DNA of 60,091 bases from a virus (lineage: Duplodnaviria > Caudoviricetes), in the IMG/VR virus record IMGVR_UViG_3300046095_000129, positions 1 to 60,091 of that record, one strand, 5' to 3'. Below, one piece after another: positions 39,019 to 49,113 of the stretch. The number at the start of each line of letters is the position of its first letter. The first letter of the stretch is position 1. The notes under the pieces are model-generated. The model ran no database searches. It was not told where the DNA came from and saw only the letters and a list, made by a program, of their open reading frames with translations. The position numbers and the translations under genes were made by a program.

Positions 39019-41892
39019 TTATGTCATGCTGTGGATAGCCAACGCAACAAGACCTTGTGGGCGGGATCTTACCAGACCCCCTTTGGCGTAACGTCCGATC
39101 ATGCCACCGTTTGCGGCTGATTTAAACCCACCCGAAGCACCAAATGCTCCCAACGCAGATGCGCCTAAACCGCCTATCTGGCTTAACGTGCTAGGAGCAG
39201 CTTGGTACATGGTGCTGCCCAGATTGGCTGTTGGCGCTGCACTGGCTGTGTTTGCCATGAAGCCAAGTTTCTTGTACGGGTCGTTCTGTTCGTTTAAGAA
39301 GTCTCCGTACTGCGTGTTCAACCGCTGCTGCTCTGCACCCTGTTGTTGATTGCCATAAGCAGACAACATTTGGTTTGTTTGCACACCTTGATTGAAGCCC
39401 TGCCCTGCAATGTTAGACATCCCGGTAGCGCCTTGCATGGCTGCTTGCTGTGCTTGTAGGTCGTAGTTAGCGCCAAACTGACCGGACTGTTCGTTTAGTT
39501 GATTGGCTGCTTGTCCGTACTGTGCGCCTGTTCCTGCTGAAGTTAATTCTTGTCCTAGTCCAAATTCACTTGCTCTGTTCCCTGCTGCTTGGTTGGCTAG
39601 TTCTGCTTGTTGCTTGTTACTGGTGTTGTACTGCGCCCTTTCGTTTTGGGCTTGTGCGCCATACATTTCTGCGGCTTGTTTATTTGCCGCTGTTTGCATA
39701 GCCGCTTGCTGATCCATCGTGCCCTGCTGCATTCCATATTGGCCTGCCAAAGCTTGGTCTGCCATACCCGTTTGTTGCTTATAACCAGTATTTGCAATGT
39801 CGGTTTGCTGTCTGTTGGCAAGATTGGAAAGCCCGTATTGACTGTTAACGGCTTGATTTTGCCTTTCTGCTTCTTGCCGGTTTGCTAGATTTGCTAACCC
39901 AGTTTGTTGCTGATAGCCAGAGGTAGCCATGTTTGCTTGTTGCTGATTACCTGTGTCAGACAAGCCATACTGCCCAGCCATTGCCTGATTCTGCCTTTCA
40001 GCTTCTTGTGCTTGTGCAGATGTCTGCATAGCAGCTTGCTGATTCATAGTGCCCTGCTGCATTCCATACTGACCTGCCAAAGCGTTGTTGGCTAACTCAG
40101 TCTGCTGACGCAACTGTGCATTCTGTGCGTTGGTGTTGTACTCCATGCCTTGGTTGGCTTGTTGCGCTGCAAGATCAGTTTGTTGATTAGCAAGTTTTCC
40201 TTGCATGTTGTACTGCTGATTGGACTGCTGCGCTTGTAGCCCGGTTTGAGCGCCTAGACCTTGCGTCTGAAGACCTGCACTAAGATTCTGTACATTGGCT
40301 TGTTGTTGCACTCCTTGATTAGCCAACGCAGCCTGCATTGCTTGGCCTGCTGTTAACCCCTGCGCTTGAAGCCTGTTGGATTCGTTTTGAACAGCCGCTT
40401 GTTGTTCATTGTTTAGATTGGCAAGTTTGGTTTGAAGGTTTATCTGGCCTTCACCTAATTGCTGCACCCCTAAATTAGCAGCAAGGTTTTGTTGGCCTAC
40501 GGTTAACCCGGCTTGCTGGTTGGCGGTCTGGGCCTGTAGACCTTGGCTTTGTTCCGTATTGAACTGCTGCTGTGCTTGTTTATACGCTTCCTGCAAGCCC
40601 TGTGCTTGGATGTCCCCTTGTTGAGTGGCAAGGTTACGTGCCGCTTCAGCGTCCATGATGGCTGCTCTAGAACCCCCAAAAGCACCTGCTCTGGTCTGCT
40701 CCCCTTTGCGTCCAGTTGAGGCTATGTCTGCGGCTCGTTGCGCTTCCCGTTGCTGAATACCCACCACGCTCTGCATGTAAGGCGACATGTACGCATCTGC
40801 CGAGCCGGGTTGGGCAAAACTCTTTGTCTCTACTCGTTCCGCTGGCCCCATCTGGTAGTTTTTAAGACTCGCCAAACCAGTGTCTTTGGCGGCTTTTATA
40901 TCTCTGGATTCAACTGTGGAACCAACGACATCTTTTGCCGCATCCATCCGCAAGTCTTTTAAGTTAGGTGCGTTTATACGCTCCTCTCTAACTTGCTGGG
41001 CTTTTACATCTTTCGGCCCTGCAAACTGCTGCTGCTGAGCTTCCGGGGCTGCACCCAGTGTGGCTGCATTGGCTGCTTGCGCTTTCATCTCAGGTGTTGC
41101 TTTGTTAAGAGCCGCTATGCCAGTTGCTGCCGTCCCCGTTTGCGCCGTCATTTGAGGCGCGTTTGTATCTTGTTGCGCTGTTCCAATTGCAGCTATACCT
41201 GTTGGGGCTTTACCCATTGTGGCTGCTGTGGCAGCTTGGGCTGTAGGCAGAGAAGCAATCCCTGCTTCTTTAGCAGCTGCTTCTTTTGCGGTGTAGTCTA
41301 GTTTTTTGGGAGCAGTGTACTGATTGCCAAATGCACTCGGATCGTATGAAGACCCCGCAGCAGTATCTGCCGCAGTTTTCATAATGTCTTGAGCACTCTG
41401 GTTGGCAACTTCGGCTTTACCGCCAACCATATCTTTAGCGCCCTGCATGGCTTGCTTCTGCAAGTCTGAAAACTCGGCTTGCCTTTCGTACCCTTTAAAT
41501 TCTGTTAAAGGTTTTCCATCTGCACCTGTTTGCTGAACTTGGTATTTAGGGTCTTTATATTTGGGATCGTCTGGATTTTTATTTAAAGCAATTGCATCTG
41601 AGTTTGTAAAACCATAGGGATTATCTTTCTCCTGATTCGGAGAAGTAATCATTTTGGTCATTTGAGCAGGGGTAATAGTCCCCATTACCGGAGCTTGAGC
41701 ACCATATTTTTCTGGTGCTTTAAAACTCTCAATCTCGGGCATCCCATTTGCGCCGATGATGGGCTTCCCGTCTGGCCCCATCTTGTAGTTGTAAATCAGC
41801 GCTCGTGCCTGACCCGTGTTCTCCTTCAGATACGGAGCAACTTCTGGGTTATACCCAACTTGATTTACAACGGTTTGTGTTGCGTCTGCCAT
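39019..41892 (-). CDS. Internal virion/DNA-transfer (pilot-like) protein with Gln/Ala repeats
   Basis: YMSPY, AGAFGGSR, many QQAxxANQ repeats, Gly-rich hydrophobic C-terminus. Confidence 0.7.
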   Translation of the reverse strand: MADATQTVVNQVGYNPEVAPYLKENTGQARALIYNYKMGPDGKPIIGANGMPEIESFKAPEKYGAQAPVMGTITPAQMTKMITSPNQEKDNPYGFTNSDAIALNKNPDDPKYKDPKYQVQQTGADGKPLTEFKGYERQAEFSDLQKQAMQGAKDMVGGKAEVANQSAQDIMKTAADTAAGSSYDPSAFGNQYTAPKKLDYTAKEAAAKEAGIASLPTAQAATAATMGKAPTGIAAIGTAQQDTNAPQMTAQTGTAATGIAALNKATPEMKAQAANAATLGAAPEAQQQQFAGPKDVKAQQVREERINAPNLKDLRMDAAKDVVGSTVESRDIKAAKDTGLASLKNYQMGPAERVETKSFAQPGSADAYMSPYMQSVVGIQQREAQRAADIASTGRKGEQTRAGAFGGSRAAIMDAEAARNLATQQGDIQAQGLQEAYKQAQQQFNTEQSQGLQAQTANQQAGLTVGQQNLAANLGVQQLGEGQINLQTKLANLNNEQQAAVQNESNRLQAQGLTAGQAMQAALANQGVQQQANVQNLSAGLQTQGLGAQTGLQAQQSNQQYNMQGKLANQQTDLAAQQANQGMEYNTNAQNAQLRQQTELANNALAGQYGMQQGTMNQQAAMQTSAQAQEAERQNQAMAGQYGLSDTGNQQQANMATSGYQQQTGLANLANRQEAERQNQAVNSQYGLSNLANRQQTDIANTGYKQQTGMADQALAGQYGMQQGTMDQQAAMQTAANKQAAEMYGAQAQNERAQYNTSNKQQAELANQAAGNRASEFGLGQELTSAGTGAQYGQAANQLNEQSGQFGANYDLQAQQAAMQGATGMSNIAGQGFNQGVQTNQMLSAYGNQQQGAEQQRLNTQYGDFLNEQNDPYKKLGFMANTASAAPTANLGSTMYQAAPSTLSQIGGLGASALGAFGASGGFKSAANGGMIGRYAKGGLVRSRPQGLVALAIHSMT

Positions 41893-41901
41893 GATTCGTC
41901 C

Positions 41902-44598
41902 TTATGCGGGAAGGTATTTGTGTGACTTGGAATTTACAGCCACACTGTTTTTGCCAGTAGTTTTACGGCGGTTGGCTTGTATACGATCCATCATTTTATA
42001 TAGCGCCCGTGCGCCTGCTTCGGTGGAGCCGTTGCCCAGTTCAGACACAATTCGGGCAGACACAACAAACTCACCATCTGCAAGTCGAGCAGGCTGACGG
42101 TCACCTACAGTGGCGGGGATTGAGTCTGACACACCATCACCCGGCCCACGCAGGAGCCTGCCACCGTCTGAGTAGCCACCGAGGGAGCCTAGACCACCTT
42201 GGGCATAACCTGCCATACCACCGTAAGCAAATTGACTGCCATTACCCTCTACACCACCGCCACCTACACCACCTACACCACCTACACCACCTACACCACC
42301 TACGCCACCTACGCCACCCTCACCAGCATTGGGATCAACGCCGCCAACAGGAGTAGAAGATGTTACGTCACCGCCTAAAGGATTAGGATTGGTGGGATTA
42401 TCCGCATTGTCTTTTGCAGCCTGTCTAGCATCTGATTGCACTGCTGCTGCTGCTGCTGCTGCTGCTGCTTGTGCGTTTGCTAAGTCTCTAGCTTCTCTAT
42501 CATCTGCGGCCCTTAATGCTTGTGAGGCCCGGGCGTTATTTGCGAGAGCAGATATCCTATCTGATAAGGTCGTAGTTACTGGCTCTCGGTTACTAAGCTC
42601 TCCGGCATCAAGGTTCACGCCCAATGCTGCAATCCCCGGGCTATTTGCTCTGCCCCCAGTTGCTGTTGGGCTGTTTGCGCTGGTAACTGCGTCTCTTTGT
42701 GCTTGATTCGCGCTATTTACTGCGTCTGCTGCTTGTAGTGCATCCTCATACTGAGTTGTTAAGTTAATATGTGTTTGCTTTCCAAGTGCTTGGCTTTCTG
42801 CATTTAATGCTGCTTCCGCATCTGTCTCAGCTTGCCTTGCTTGCAACCCCGACAAGCTGCTGTATCTTCCTAGCCTTCCCTCTCGCTCTGCTACAGCAGA
42901 CGGCGTATACATATCTTTGGTTACAACCGGTGCGGAATCTTGTGTAGTTCTCCCTAAGATACTTGAGAAAAACCCGTTGTTGGCAATAGGCGTTGTATCA
43001 CGAGGGGTTATTGAGTCGTTTCCCCGGCCCTCACCACCCATCAATGTTTCAACACCGGGGTTTGTTTTTGCTTCGGCTTCTTTGATGACATACCAGCTTC
43101 TTTTTATGGGGTCATAACGGTATGTTTTGCCGTCTGCTGCAAGGAAATCTGGCTTGGGTACATCTGGCATTGGGGTTGCCGGCCTTGTTACATCTGTTTT
43201 CTTCCTGCCATATCCTGAGTAGTCATAGTCAGGGTCGAGGGGAACACCGCCGCCAACAGCAAGGGCCATCAACCCACCTTTTGCAGCGGAGTCTCGTCCA
43301 CCTTCTAGCCTTGGAACAATCACAGGGTTCTCAACCACTTGTTTAGGAACCATTCCAGTTTCGTCAACATGCCGTTGAGGGGGTCGAGTAGGTTCCATAG
43401 GTTGTTGTGGCCTAGGCGGTTCCATAGGCTGTTGCGCTACAGGCCGAGTAGGCTCTATAGGTTGTTGTGTTACAGGCTGAATGGGTTGCTGTGGTGCAGG
43501 TTGAATTGGTTGCTGTACTACGGGTTTTTCTACAAATGTGCTGCTTCGTTGAGCACTATTTGCTGGGTTTGCGTAACCAGAAGGGTTTACGTTTGGTTTA
43601 CCGGGGGGTAAACTATCTTTGCCAATTTCAGAAGGATAGTAAAACGGTAGAGGTTTTACAGGTGTAAATCTTCTTGAACCTCTGTTTTCAAGATTTATTA
43701 AATCTGCGGGGGTTAGATTTTGTCCGGGTCTAATTATTGGCATGTTTTCAACAGGGTCTCTTCTGGTGCGACCACCAGCACCAAAATGCTCTATGCCGTT
43801 ATCTGAAACAGCCTCGCCGCCACCAGCATACTGAGTTACATAAGTAGGCCCAAAATAACCTCGTTGGCCAGAACTACCTGTGTCTCTCTGGTATGGAAGT
43901 TGATCTCTGCGAATGTTTATATTGGCAGGGCGGGGGTCAAACTTTATTTGATCAAAAGTTGGGACTGATGTTTGGTCTTGGCTTGATAGTGCTGACAACA
44001 ATGGAGCGCCAATCATTGCCGCACCTTGAAGTTTACTGCCGCCACCGATTGCGCTGAACGCACCCATTGGGTTTTTAAACCCTTCTGTTACGCCTCTTGA
44101 TAATCTATCGAAGTTTGATGCACCAGCGCGTGCTGCTTTGCTTGCTGTCTCTGTTATTCCTGCGCCTTCTCCTCCTAACGGAAAAACGTCAGAAGGCATA
44201 GCCGATTTTGCAGCTTCAGCGCCGATTGCGGCTTCACCAAAATTCATCAGCCCTCCAGCAATACCTGCACCGCCATAAGCACCCAGACCTGCCATCAGCC
44301 CTTTGCCTAGGTCTTTGCTGGTCAAAGCTGTCAGACCGCCAACACCTAAAGCTGCCATAAATGGAGTGATGGCTCCTCCCGAGAAGAAGGTGGCTGCACC
44401 GCCAAGAAGAGTTGGCATCAAGCTGTCTAGGAACCCGGCTTCTGGTAACCCTGTTTGCGGGTTGATGGTCAGGGTTCCTCCATGTGCCATAGCCAGACTT
44501 TGCAGACCTGATACCTCACGGGGGGACATGTGTACAAGGGTTGAGTCTGGGCCTCTGCCTTGAGCAGACATGTGGTTAGCTAGTTGATGTAGGCTCAT
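41902..44598 (-). CDS. Internal virion/ejection protein
   Basis: GRGPDSTLVHM...TINPQTGLPEA start, Gly-rich hydrophobic region, C-terminal GPGDGVSDSIPA...LADGEFV motif. Confidence 0.7.
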   Translation of the reverse strand: MSLHQLANHMSAQGRGPDSTLVHMSPREVSGLQSLAMAHGGTLTINPQTGLPEAGFLDSLMPTLLGGAATFFSGGAITPFMAALGVGGLTALTSKDLGKGLMAGLGAYGGAGIAGGLMNFGEAAIGAEAAKSAMPSDVFPLGGEGAGITETASKAARAGASNFDRLSRGVTEGFKNPMGAFSAIGGGSKLQGAAMIGAPLLSALSSQDQTSVPTFDQIKFDPRPANINIRRDQLPYQRDTGSSGQRGYFGPTYVTQYAGGGEAVSDNGIEHFGAGGRTRRDPVENMPIIRPGQNLTPADLINLENRGSRRFTPVKPLPFYYPSEIGKDSLPPGKPNVNPSGYANPANSAQRSSTFVEKPVVQQPIQPAPQQPIQPVTQQPIEPTRPVAQQPMEPPRPQQPMEPTRPPQRHVDETGMVPKQVVENPVIVPRLEGGRDSAAKGGLMALAVGGGVPLDPDYDYSGYGRKKTDVTRPATPMPDVPKPDFLAADGKTYRYDPIKRSWYVIKEAEAKTNPGVETLMGGEGRGNDSITPRDTTPIANNGFFSSILGRTTQDSAPVVTKDMYTPSAVAEREGRLGRYSSLSGLQARQAETDAEAALNAESQALGKQTHINLTTQYEDALQAADAVNSANQAQRDAVTSANSPTATGGRANSPGIAALGVNLDAGELSNREPVTTTLSDRISALANNARASQALRAADDREARDLANAQAAAAAAAAAVQSDARQAAKDNADNPTNPNPLGGDVTSSTPVGGVDPNAGEGGVGGVGGVGGVGGVGGVGGGGVEGNGSQFAYGGMAGYAQGGLGSLGGYSDGGRLLRGPGDGVSDSIPATVGDRQPARLADGEFVVSARIVSELGNGSTEAGARALYKMMDRIQANRRKTTGKNSVAVNSKSHKYLPA
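42259..42318. repeat. 9-bp tandem repeat encoding (GGV)n
   Basis: About 6 copies of CCACCTAC(A/G). Confidence 0.9.
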
Positions 44599-44912
44599 AG
44601 TGCAGTCTTTATTTTAAGCGTTTGGTTGTTGCTCATCACACCGTTCTGGGTGTCTCTGTAAACGTCCCCGATTCGCAAATTGGCAAAGTCAAGGTCTGTG
44701 GGCAGGCTGGGGTTTGTGCCAGACGTAGGGAAGAAACTCAGGCCCGATACTACAGTGGTTCCGTTGGTTTGGGTCGAACCTGCCATTGGCCCTGCGTTGT
44801 CCAGTTGGTTGAAATACAGACGCAGCAAGCTCAACAGTTGGTTCATGTAAACAGGGTCGTACTCCTGTGGTGGGCTAGGTAGTCGGGGGGCTACTACGTT
44901 CTTTTGTGCCAT
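44595..44912 (-). CDS. Small tail-associated protein
   Basis: Coupled to the upstream tail gene. Confidence 0.7.
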   Translation of the reverse strand: MAQKNVVAPRLPSPPQEYDPVYMNQLLSLLRLYFNQLDNAGPMAGSTQTNGTTVVSGLSFFPTSGTNPSLPTDLDFANLRIGDVYRDTQNGVMSNNQTLKIKTAL

Positions 44913-47014
44913 TACCCACCCCGCCTGCCATCAGGACGCAAATCGATTCTTGGAGCGCCCATCTGCCACTGTGTACCAAGGGTGTTTGAACTGATCTTCA
45001 TCGACATCTGCCTTGCCCTGACCCGTATGTTCAACTGCCCGTTGTAGGTGTCTAGGTCAATGGGGTAGGTCTGGGTGGCTGTGACTGTGCCTTCTGCGCT
45101 GCTGCTGTCGCCACCGACTGACTTGGGGCTGTTGTAGCCAGAGCCTGAGTTCTGCAAAGGTAGGAGTTGCATAGTCAGGCTGGGTGTTGTCCCGGCGGTG
45201 GAGCCGTTGAAGGTCAGGTCAGGCAGCATCCTCCAGACAAAAGCAAAGTTGTGCCCATCGCCAATGTCAAACTGGGATGAGGTGATGAATGCCGTGATTG
45301 GAAGAGCCGTGGCTGCTGTACCATCGTCTACGCCCAGTTCGTGGTTGACAAGGTTGCTGCTGTAGGTGGCTGCAACGGGATAGTCTTGAAGGCCGCTGTC
45401 TAGCCATGCGGTACGGGCCATAGAGCCGTAGTACCAGATGTTTTCTAGGTAGTTGTAGACCACATAGCTGTCGTTGGTTGTCGATCCATCACTGGGGTAA
45501 AACCACCATACCTCGTTGAACCCCTCGTTGGTGGCGGCATAAACCTGCTCAAACTGCACACGGTCAATGTCGTTGTAAACATACCTGAGTAGGTCACAGT
45601 TGAGGGTTTGTAGCCGCCCATCGTACTTGTAAAACTTGTCTACGCCCATCCAGTAAATGGTTCCTGCTGCCAAAGCCACTGCATTGGGGCCGCAAATAGA
45701 GGTGTTGTCCGCAAGAAGCTGTGACCCCCAAACATAGGGTGGGCCAAGGTACTGGAGTGAATACAGCGCAGAATCTGTAAAGATCACAATCTCTTGCTTG
45801 CTCTGTATTGCAGTGACAATGGTGGAGCCGTGGGACAGACCGATACTGCCAGACTGATTGGTGATGGCCGGCGTCCACATGGTGGGGTCTTCTTGGTCTG
45901 ACCACCGAACCAGCATCGGATTGACTGTGGAAGAACCGTAGTCGTTGGTTCCAAAGCAAATGACAAACCGGCTGGCGTCAGAGATAAGAAAGAAGATTTG
46001 ACTTAGCGGAACGCTGCTTGCTGTTGCCAACGCAGATAACAAAACACCTCTTTGAGATATCTTGTGTGTACCGGACTGACTGACTGAGGAGATAATGAGC
46101 GCCCCTGCGGGGGTTAGCGACAGGTTGAAAGTGGTAGCCGATACATACCGGGTGTAGTAGATTGTGCCTACCAGCAGACCTGTGGGTAATGCACCAGAAG
46201 TCTCAAAAACAATTGGGGTCAGATCAGGCAGATTCAGTGTGGTGGTGACAACGCAGGGGTTGGCAATTGTCATGGTCACCGTGGGTGCTACGTAGCCAAT
46301 GGAGGCGTCCCAGTAGTACAGAGGCCCACCCCTTGGGCCATACAACAGGTCTTCACCAAAGTTGAATTGGTTCCAAATCCTTAGCGACTCCGCAGAGGCT
46401 GCACTGTTTCCCCAAGACCCAGAACTCCATGCACCAGAACCCCATCCAGACAAGGGCGCGGCGTAGCTTGGGCCGGGGTTGACTTGGTACACAGCATAGA
46501 CTGTCCCGCCGCCAGAAGCTGTGGACGTTGCAGCAGATGTAAACGTGATGGTGTAGCTTGAACCGGCAGAATACGTTATCTGAAACTCTCCCAGTATGGT
46601 CAGGCCACCCACCGCCGTGCTGCCTGTAAACGTCACATAGCCGTTGTTGATGTAGCCGCCAGTGGCGTCCGTGACTGTGACTGTGGCAGAGCCGCTAACT
46701 GTGGTAAACGGATTGGTTAGTGTGTGGACGGTCTGCGTGGGCGTGATGTCGTAGTAATAGCCGCCATTGGATATGTAGAACTTGAGGTTTGTGCCGACCC
46801 CAATAAGGTTTTGGTAACCCAGCGTGACCCAGTTCCACAGGGAGCGACAGACGCCTACAAATATGTTGGCAGAGATGCGTAGCCAGCCGCCTATCTTTTC
46901 AGGCGTGCCTTGCCGAAACCGGACGTTATCCGACTCATAGTAGCCGCCTTCATTGGTGTATCTGGTGTTCTCCCTGTTTACACCCGGCTTGAGTTGAATT
47001 TTCTGTAACGGCAT
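44912..47014 (-). CDS. Tail stabilisation/nozzle protein (P22 gp10 / tubular protein B-like)
   Basis: 700 aa beta-propeller-like; VRWSDQED, YWMG, FNEVWWFY; podovirus-like position. Confidence 0.7.
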   Translation of the reverse strand: MPLQKIQLKPGVNRENTRYTNEGGYYESDNVRFRQGTPEKIGGWLRISANIFVGVCRSLWNWVTLGYQNLIGVGTNLKFYISNGGYYYDITPTQTVHTLTNPFTTVSGSATVTVTDATGGYINNGYVTFTGSTAVGGLTILGEFQITYSAGSSYTITFTSAATSTASGGGTVYAVYQVNPGPSYAAPLSGWGSGAWSSGSWGNSAASAESLRIWNQFNFGEDLLYGPRGGPLYYWDASIGYVAPTVTMTIANPCVVTTTLNLPDLTPIVFETSGALPTGLLVGTIYYTRYVSATTFNLSLTPAGALIISSVSQSGTHKISQRGVLLSALATASSVPLSQIFFLISDASRFVICFGTNDYGSSTVNPMLVRWSDQEDPTMWTPAITNQSGSIGLSHGSTIVTAIQSKQEIVIFTDSALYSLQYLGPPYVWGSQLLADNTSICGPNAVALAAGTIYWMGVDKFYKYDGRLQTLNCDLLRYVYNDIDRVQFEQVYAATNEGFNEVWWFYPSDGSTTNDSYVVYNYLENIWYYGSMARTAWLDSGLQDYPVAATYSSNLVNHELGVDDGTAATALPITAFITSSQFDIGDGHNFAFVWRMLPDLTFNGSTAGTTPSLTMQLLPLQNSGSGYNSPKSVGGDSSSAEGTVTATQTYPIDLDTYNGQLNIRVRARQMSMKISSNTLGTQWQMGAPRIDLRPDGRRGG

Positions 47015-47022
47015 TTTTCATC

Positions 47023-47499
47023 CTAAGACAGGAATAGGGCACGTTCGTCATTGCGGCGCTTGACCAACCCCGGCAGAATTTTACCCCCGCCCCTCGTAAA
47101 TTTCAAGAACTCGTCGGCAGCTTCTTCGATCTCGCCCCGAAGCATCTTCTGACGGAGGGTGCTTCGCTGTACGCCCCCCAAACCCAAATTAAAAGCAAAG
47201 CTGACAAGAGCATCGTTTTGACCTGCGGTAAGCACCACAGGAAAAAGTCTGGCGACCCCAACCTCAAATCGCTGGAGATCAAAAGCAAGGGTTCCATCTA
47301 CTTCGTCTTTTGAAAAAGTACGGTTGTCATGCGGCTCCAACGGGAAAGCGTCCCTCTGATCCAGTGGTAAACGACCTTGATCGGGGTATAAAACATGGCC
47401 TACTCCTACAGTCCAGAGCCGCGCTGGGCAGCGGTATGGCTTAAATCGCACGCCTTCATGGTGCTTAATCATCTCCTTGCAACGGTCGGAGACTTTCAA
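47023..47499 (-). CDS. Endolysin, GH24 lysozyme
   Basis: HEG...YRCPA..WTVGVGH, DALVSFAFNLG, GLVKRRNDERALF. Confidence 0.92.
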   Translation of the reverse strand: MKVSDRCKEMIKHHEGVRFKPYRCPARLWTVGVGHVLYPDQGRLPLDQRDAFPLEPHDNRTFSKDEVDGTLAFDLQRFEVGVARLFPVVLTAGQNDALVSFAFNLGLGGVQRSTLRQKMLRGEIEEAADEFLKFTRGGGKILPGLVKRRNDERALFLS

Positions 47500-47987
47500 T
47501 CTTTGCCACCTTTAAACGCTCTGCCACCGAAATGGAAACTGATGATGCTTGCAAAGATGATCTGGGTGTCGGCGTCCCACAGCTTGGCAATCAGCACATC
47601 AAAGGCAATATCACGATGCCAAGCGTAGACAAACCCGCCGATTTCCACAAAGGCAAACAACAGGAAGAAACCGTAGGTCAGCACCGGCCTAACACCGGAG
47701 CGCAGGTTGACCATCCACTGTGATGCCCCCTGTCCTATGGCTATGTCATGCGCGTAGAGTGCAGCCCGTTCTGATGCCTCGGCTTCGATGGCCTGACCTT
47801 CGACCTTGATCTCCTCCACCCGCTGCTGGGCTTCAAAGCCAGCTTTGCGTAGCTCAAGCTCACGCTCAATCTGGAGTTGAGCCATTGCCATCTCATGCTT
47901 CTTATCTGCCCTGTCCTGAAAAAATCCAAGCAGTTTGGGCAAACCACCAGCCAGAAAACTGATCAGGGTTGAGAGTAGGGTTAGCAT
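47496..47987 (-). CDS. Probable holin (three hydrophobic segments)
   Basis: VRPVLTY and FHFGGR motifs; adjacent to the lysozyme. Confidence 0.65.
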   Translation of the reverse strand: MLTLLSTLISFLAGGLPKLLGFFQDRADKKHEMAMAQLQIERELELRKAGFEAQQRVEEIKVEGQAIEAEASERAALYAHDIAIGQGASQWMVNLRSGVRPVLTYGFFLLFAFVEIGGFVYAWHRDIAFDVLIAKLWDADTQIIFASIISFHFGGRAFKGGKD

Positions 47988-48310
47988 TATTTCTTCTCCA
48001 GCTTGGTGTTGATCACGGCAATGTCTTGCCTGTTGTGCATGATGTCGTCACGGTTCTTTTGAATCTCTTTTTCAAGGTCTTGTCGCAACTTCTCACGAGC
48101 CAGTTCGGCTCCAGAATTTGTTGCCTGCCTGTTGTCCGAGGTAACCACCAGCGAAATTTTGCTGTTGAGGATGGTGACCTCATGCGCCAAGTTGGACAAG
48201 GCACTCATCAGGTAAACAACGCAAGAAAAAAGCAGAGGCAGAAGAGCAAAAGTGATCTTCTCAATGAGTTGACCCTTGGCCTCCATGTTCTGAATTTTTT
48301 CCTCGCTCAT
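47987..48310 (-). CDS. Membrane-anchored coiled-coil protein (lysis-associated)
   Basis: One N-terminal hydrophobic segment followed by a coiled coil. Confidence 0.6.
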   Translation of the reverse strand: MSEEKIQNMEAKGQLIEKITFALLPLLFSCVVYLMSALSNLAHEVTILNSKISLVVTSDNRQATNSGAELAREKLRQDLEKEIQKNRDDIMHNRQDIAVINTKLEKK

Positions 48311-48532
48311 TTAGATCCCCAGTAGTTTTTTGACAAACTCGGCTGCAACGCCGGGACCAAGCAGCACCACCGCGATCAGGATGTACAGCAAGTACTCGAT
48401 CTTGGTCATGCGCTTGGAACCGTCGTCAAATCGGGCCTGAATGCTCTCGTATCTTTGTTGACAAATTGCCTCATGAACGCTCAAGCGCTTGTCGGTTTCA
48501 GTGGCAAGTTCGTGAATCGGTTCCACCGGCAA
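48311..48532 (-). CDS. Small protein with C-terminal TM segment (XhlA-like)
   Basis: LSVHEAICQQRY...YLLYILIAVVLLG. Confidence 0.6.
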   Translation of the reverse strand: MPVEPIHELATETDKRLSVHEAICQQRYESIQARFDDGSKRMTKIEYLLYILIAVVLLGPGVAAEFVKKLLGI

Positions 48533-48550
48533 TTTGTCCCAAGTTAGAGT

Positions 48551-48709
48551 TTATTCAGCAGCAGGCGCTTCAGGAGCTGCGGGGGCAGCTTGGGCTTGCG
48601 CCTCTTGCTGGATGCCGTTGATCAATTGCGTTACATGAACAAAGGGCTGATTGCCCAAATATTGCAGGATTGCGTTGACCAGCTCAGTTGAAAGTGCAAT
48701 TTTTTGCAT
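48551..48709 (-). CDS. 52-aa hypothetical protein (not in ORF track)
   Basis: GGAG RBS; MQKIALSTELVNAILQYLGNQPFVHVTQLINGIQQEA. Confidence 0.75.
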   Translation of the reverse strand: MQKIALSTELVNAILQYLGNQPFVHVTQLINGIQQEAQAQAAPAAPEAPAAE

Positions 48710-48730
48710 GAAATACTCTCCGTGTAATTG

Positions 48731-48757
48731 CCGCTGTTAGGGCCAGCGGTTTGCCCT
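48731..48757 (-). ncRNA. H-type pseudoknot in intergenic leader
   Basis: AGGGC-AAA-CCGCUG-GCCCU-AA-CAGCGG: stem 1 of 5 bp and stem 2 of 6 bp. Confidence 0.6.
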
Positions 48758-48764
48758 TTTATGA

Positions 48765-49088
48765 TTATGCCGCAGGCGTAGCCCATGGCAGTGGAGGAGT
48801 CACCACAGGCGGGTTAATCTGCGCTTGCAGTTGAGCCTCTACAGCCGCTTCAGTTGCGGTCTTGTCTACTCCGTTGGCATAGCACCAACCCAATACTTGC
48901 TCTTGAGTCAGTGAGGCGTAAGGAGTGAACGTGCCAGTAGGTGATGGCACTGAGCAAGTGGAGTAAATGGAAGCGTTGTAAGTGCCATCTGTGCCAGCGC
49001 AAGTCCAGTGGCACACGATTACTGTGTCAGGGTTTTGCTCAGTTGTTGAGCAATTCATTGCTGAGATGCTCCAAGTGATAGTAGTCAT
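48765..49088 (-). CDS. Probable tail-fibre accessory/chaperone protein
   Basis: FTPYASLTQEQVLGW...PLPW pattern, directly after the fibre gene. Confidence 0.6.
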   Translation of the reverse strand: MTTITWSISAMNCSTTEQNPDTVIVCHWTCAGTDGTYNASIYSTCSVPSPTGTFTPYASLTQEQVLGWCYANGVDKTATEAAVEAQLQAQINPPVVTPPLPWATPAA

Positions 49089-49113
49089 AATTTACCTTTC
49101 AGTTTATTAAAAA

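Noticed and set aside
48731-48767. Stop-codon readthrough signal (stop, 7 nt, pseudoknot)
   Set aside because: The frame continues TAA TCA TAA, so readthrough would stop again at once.
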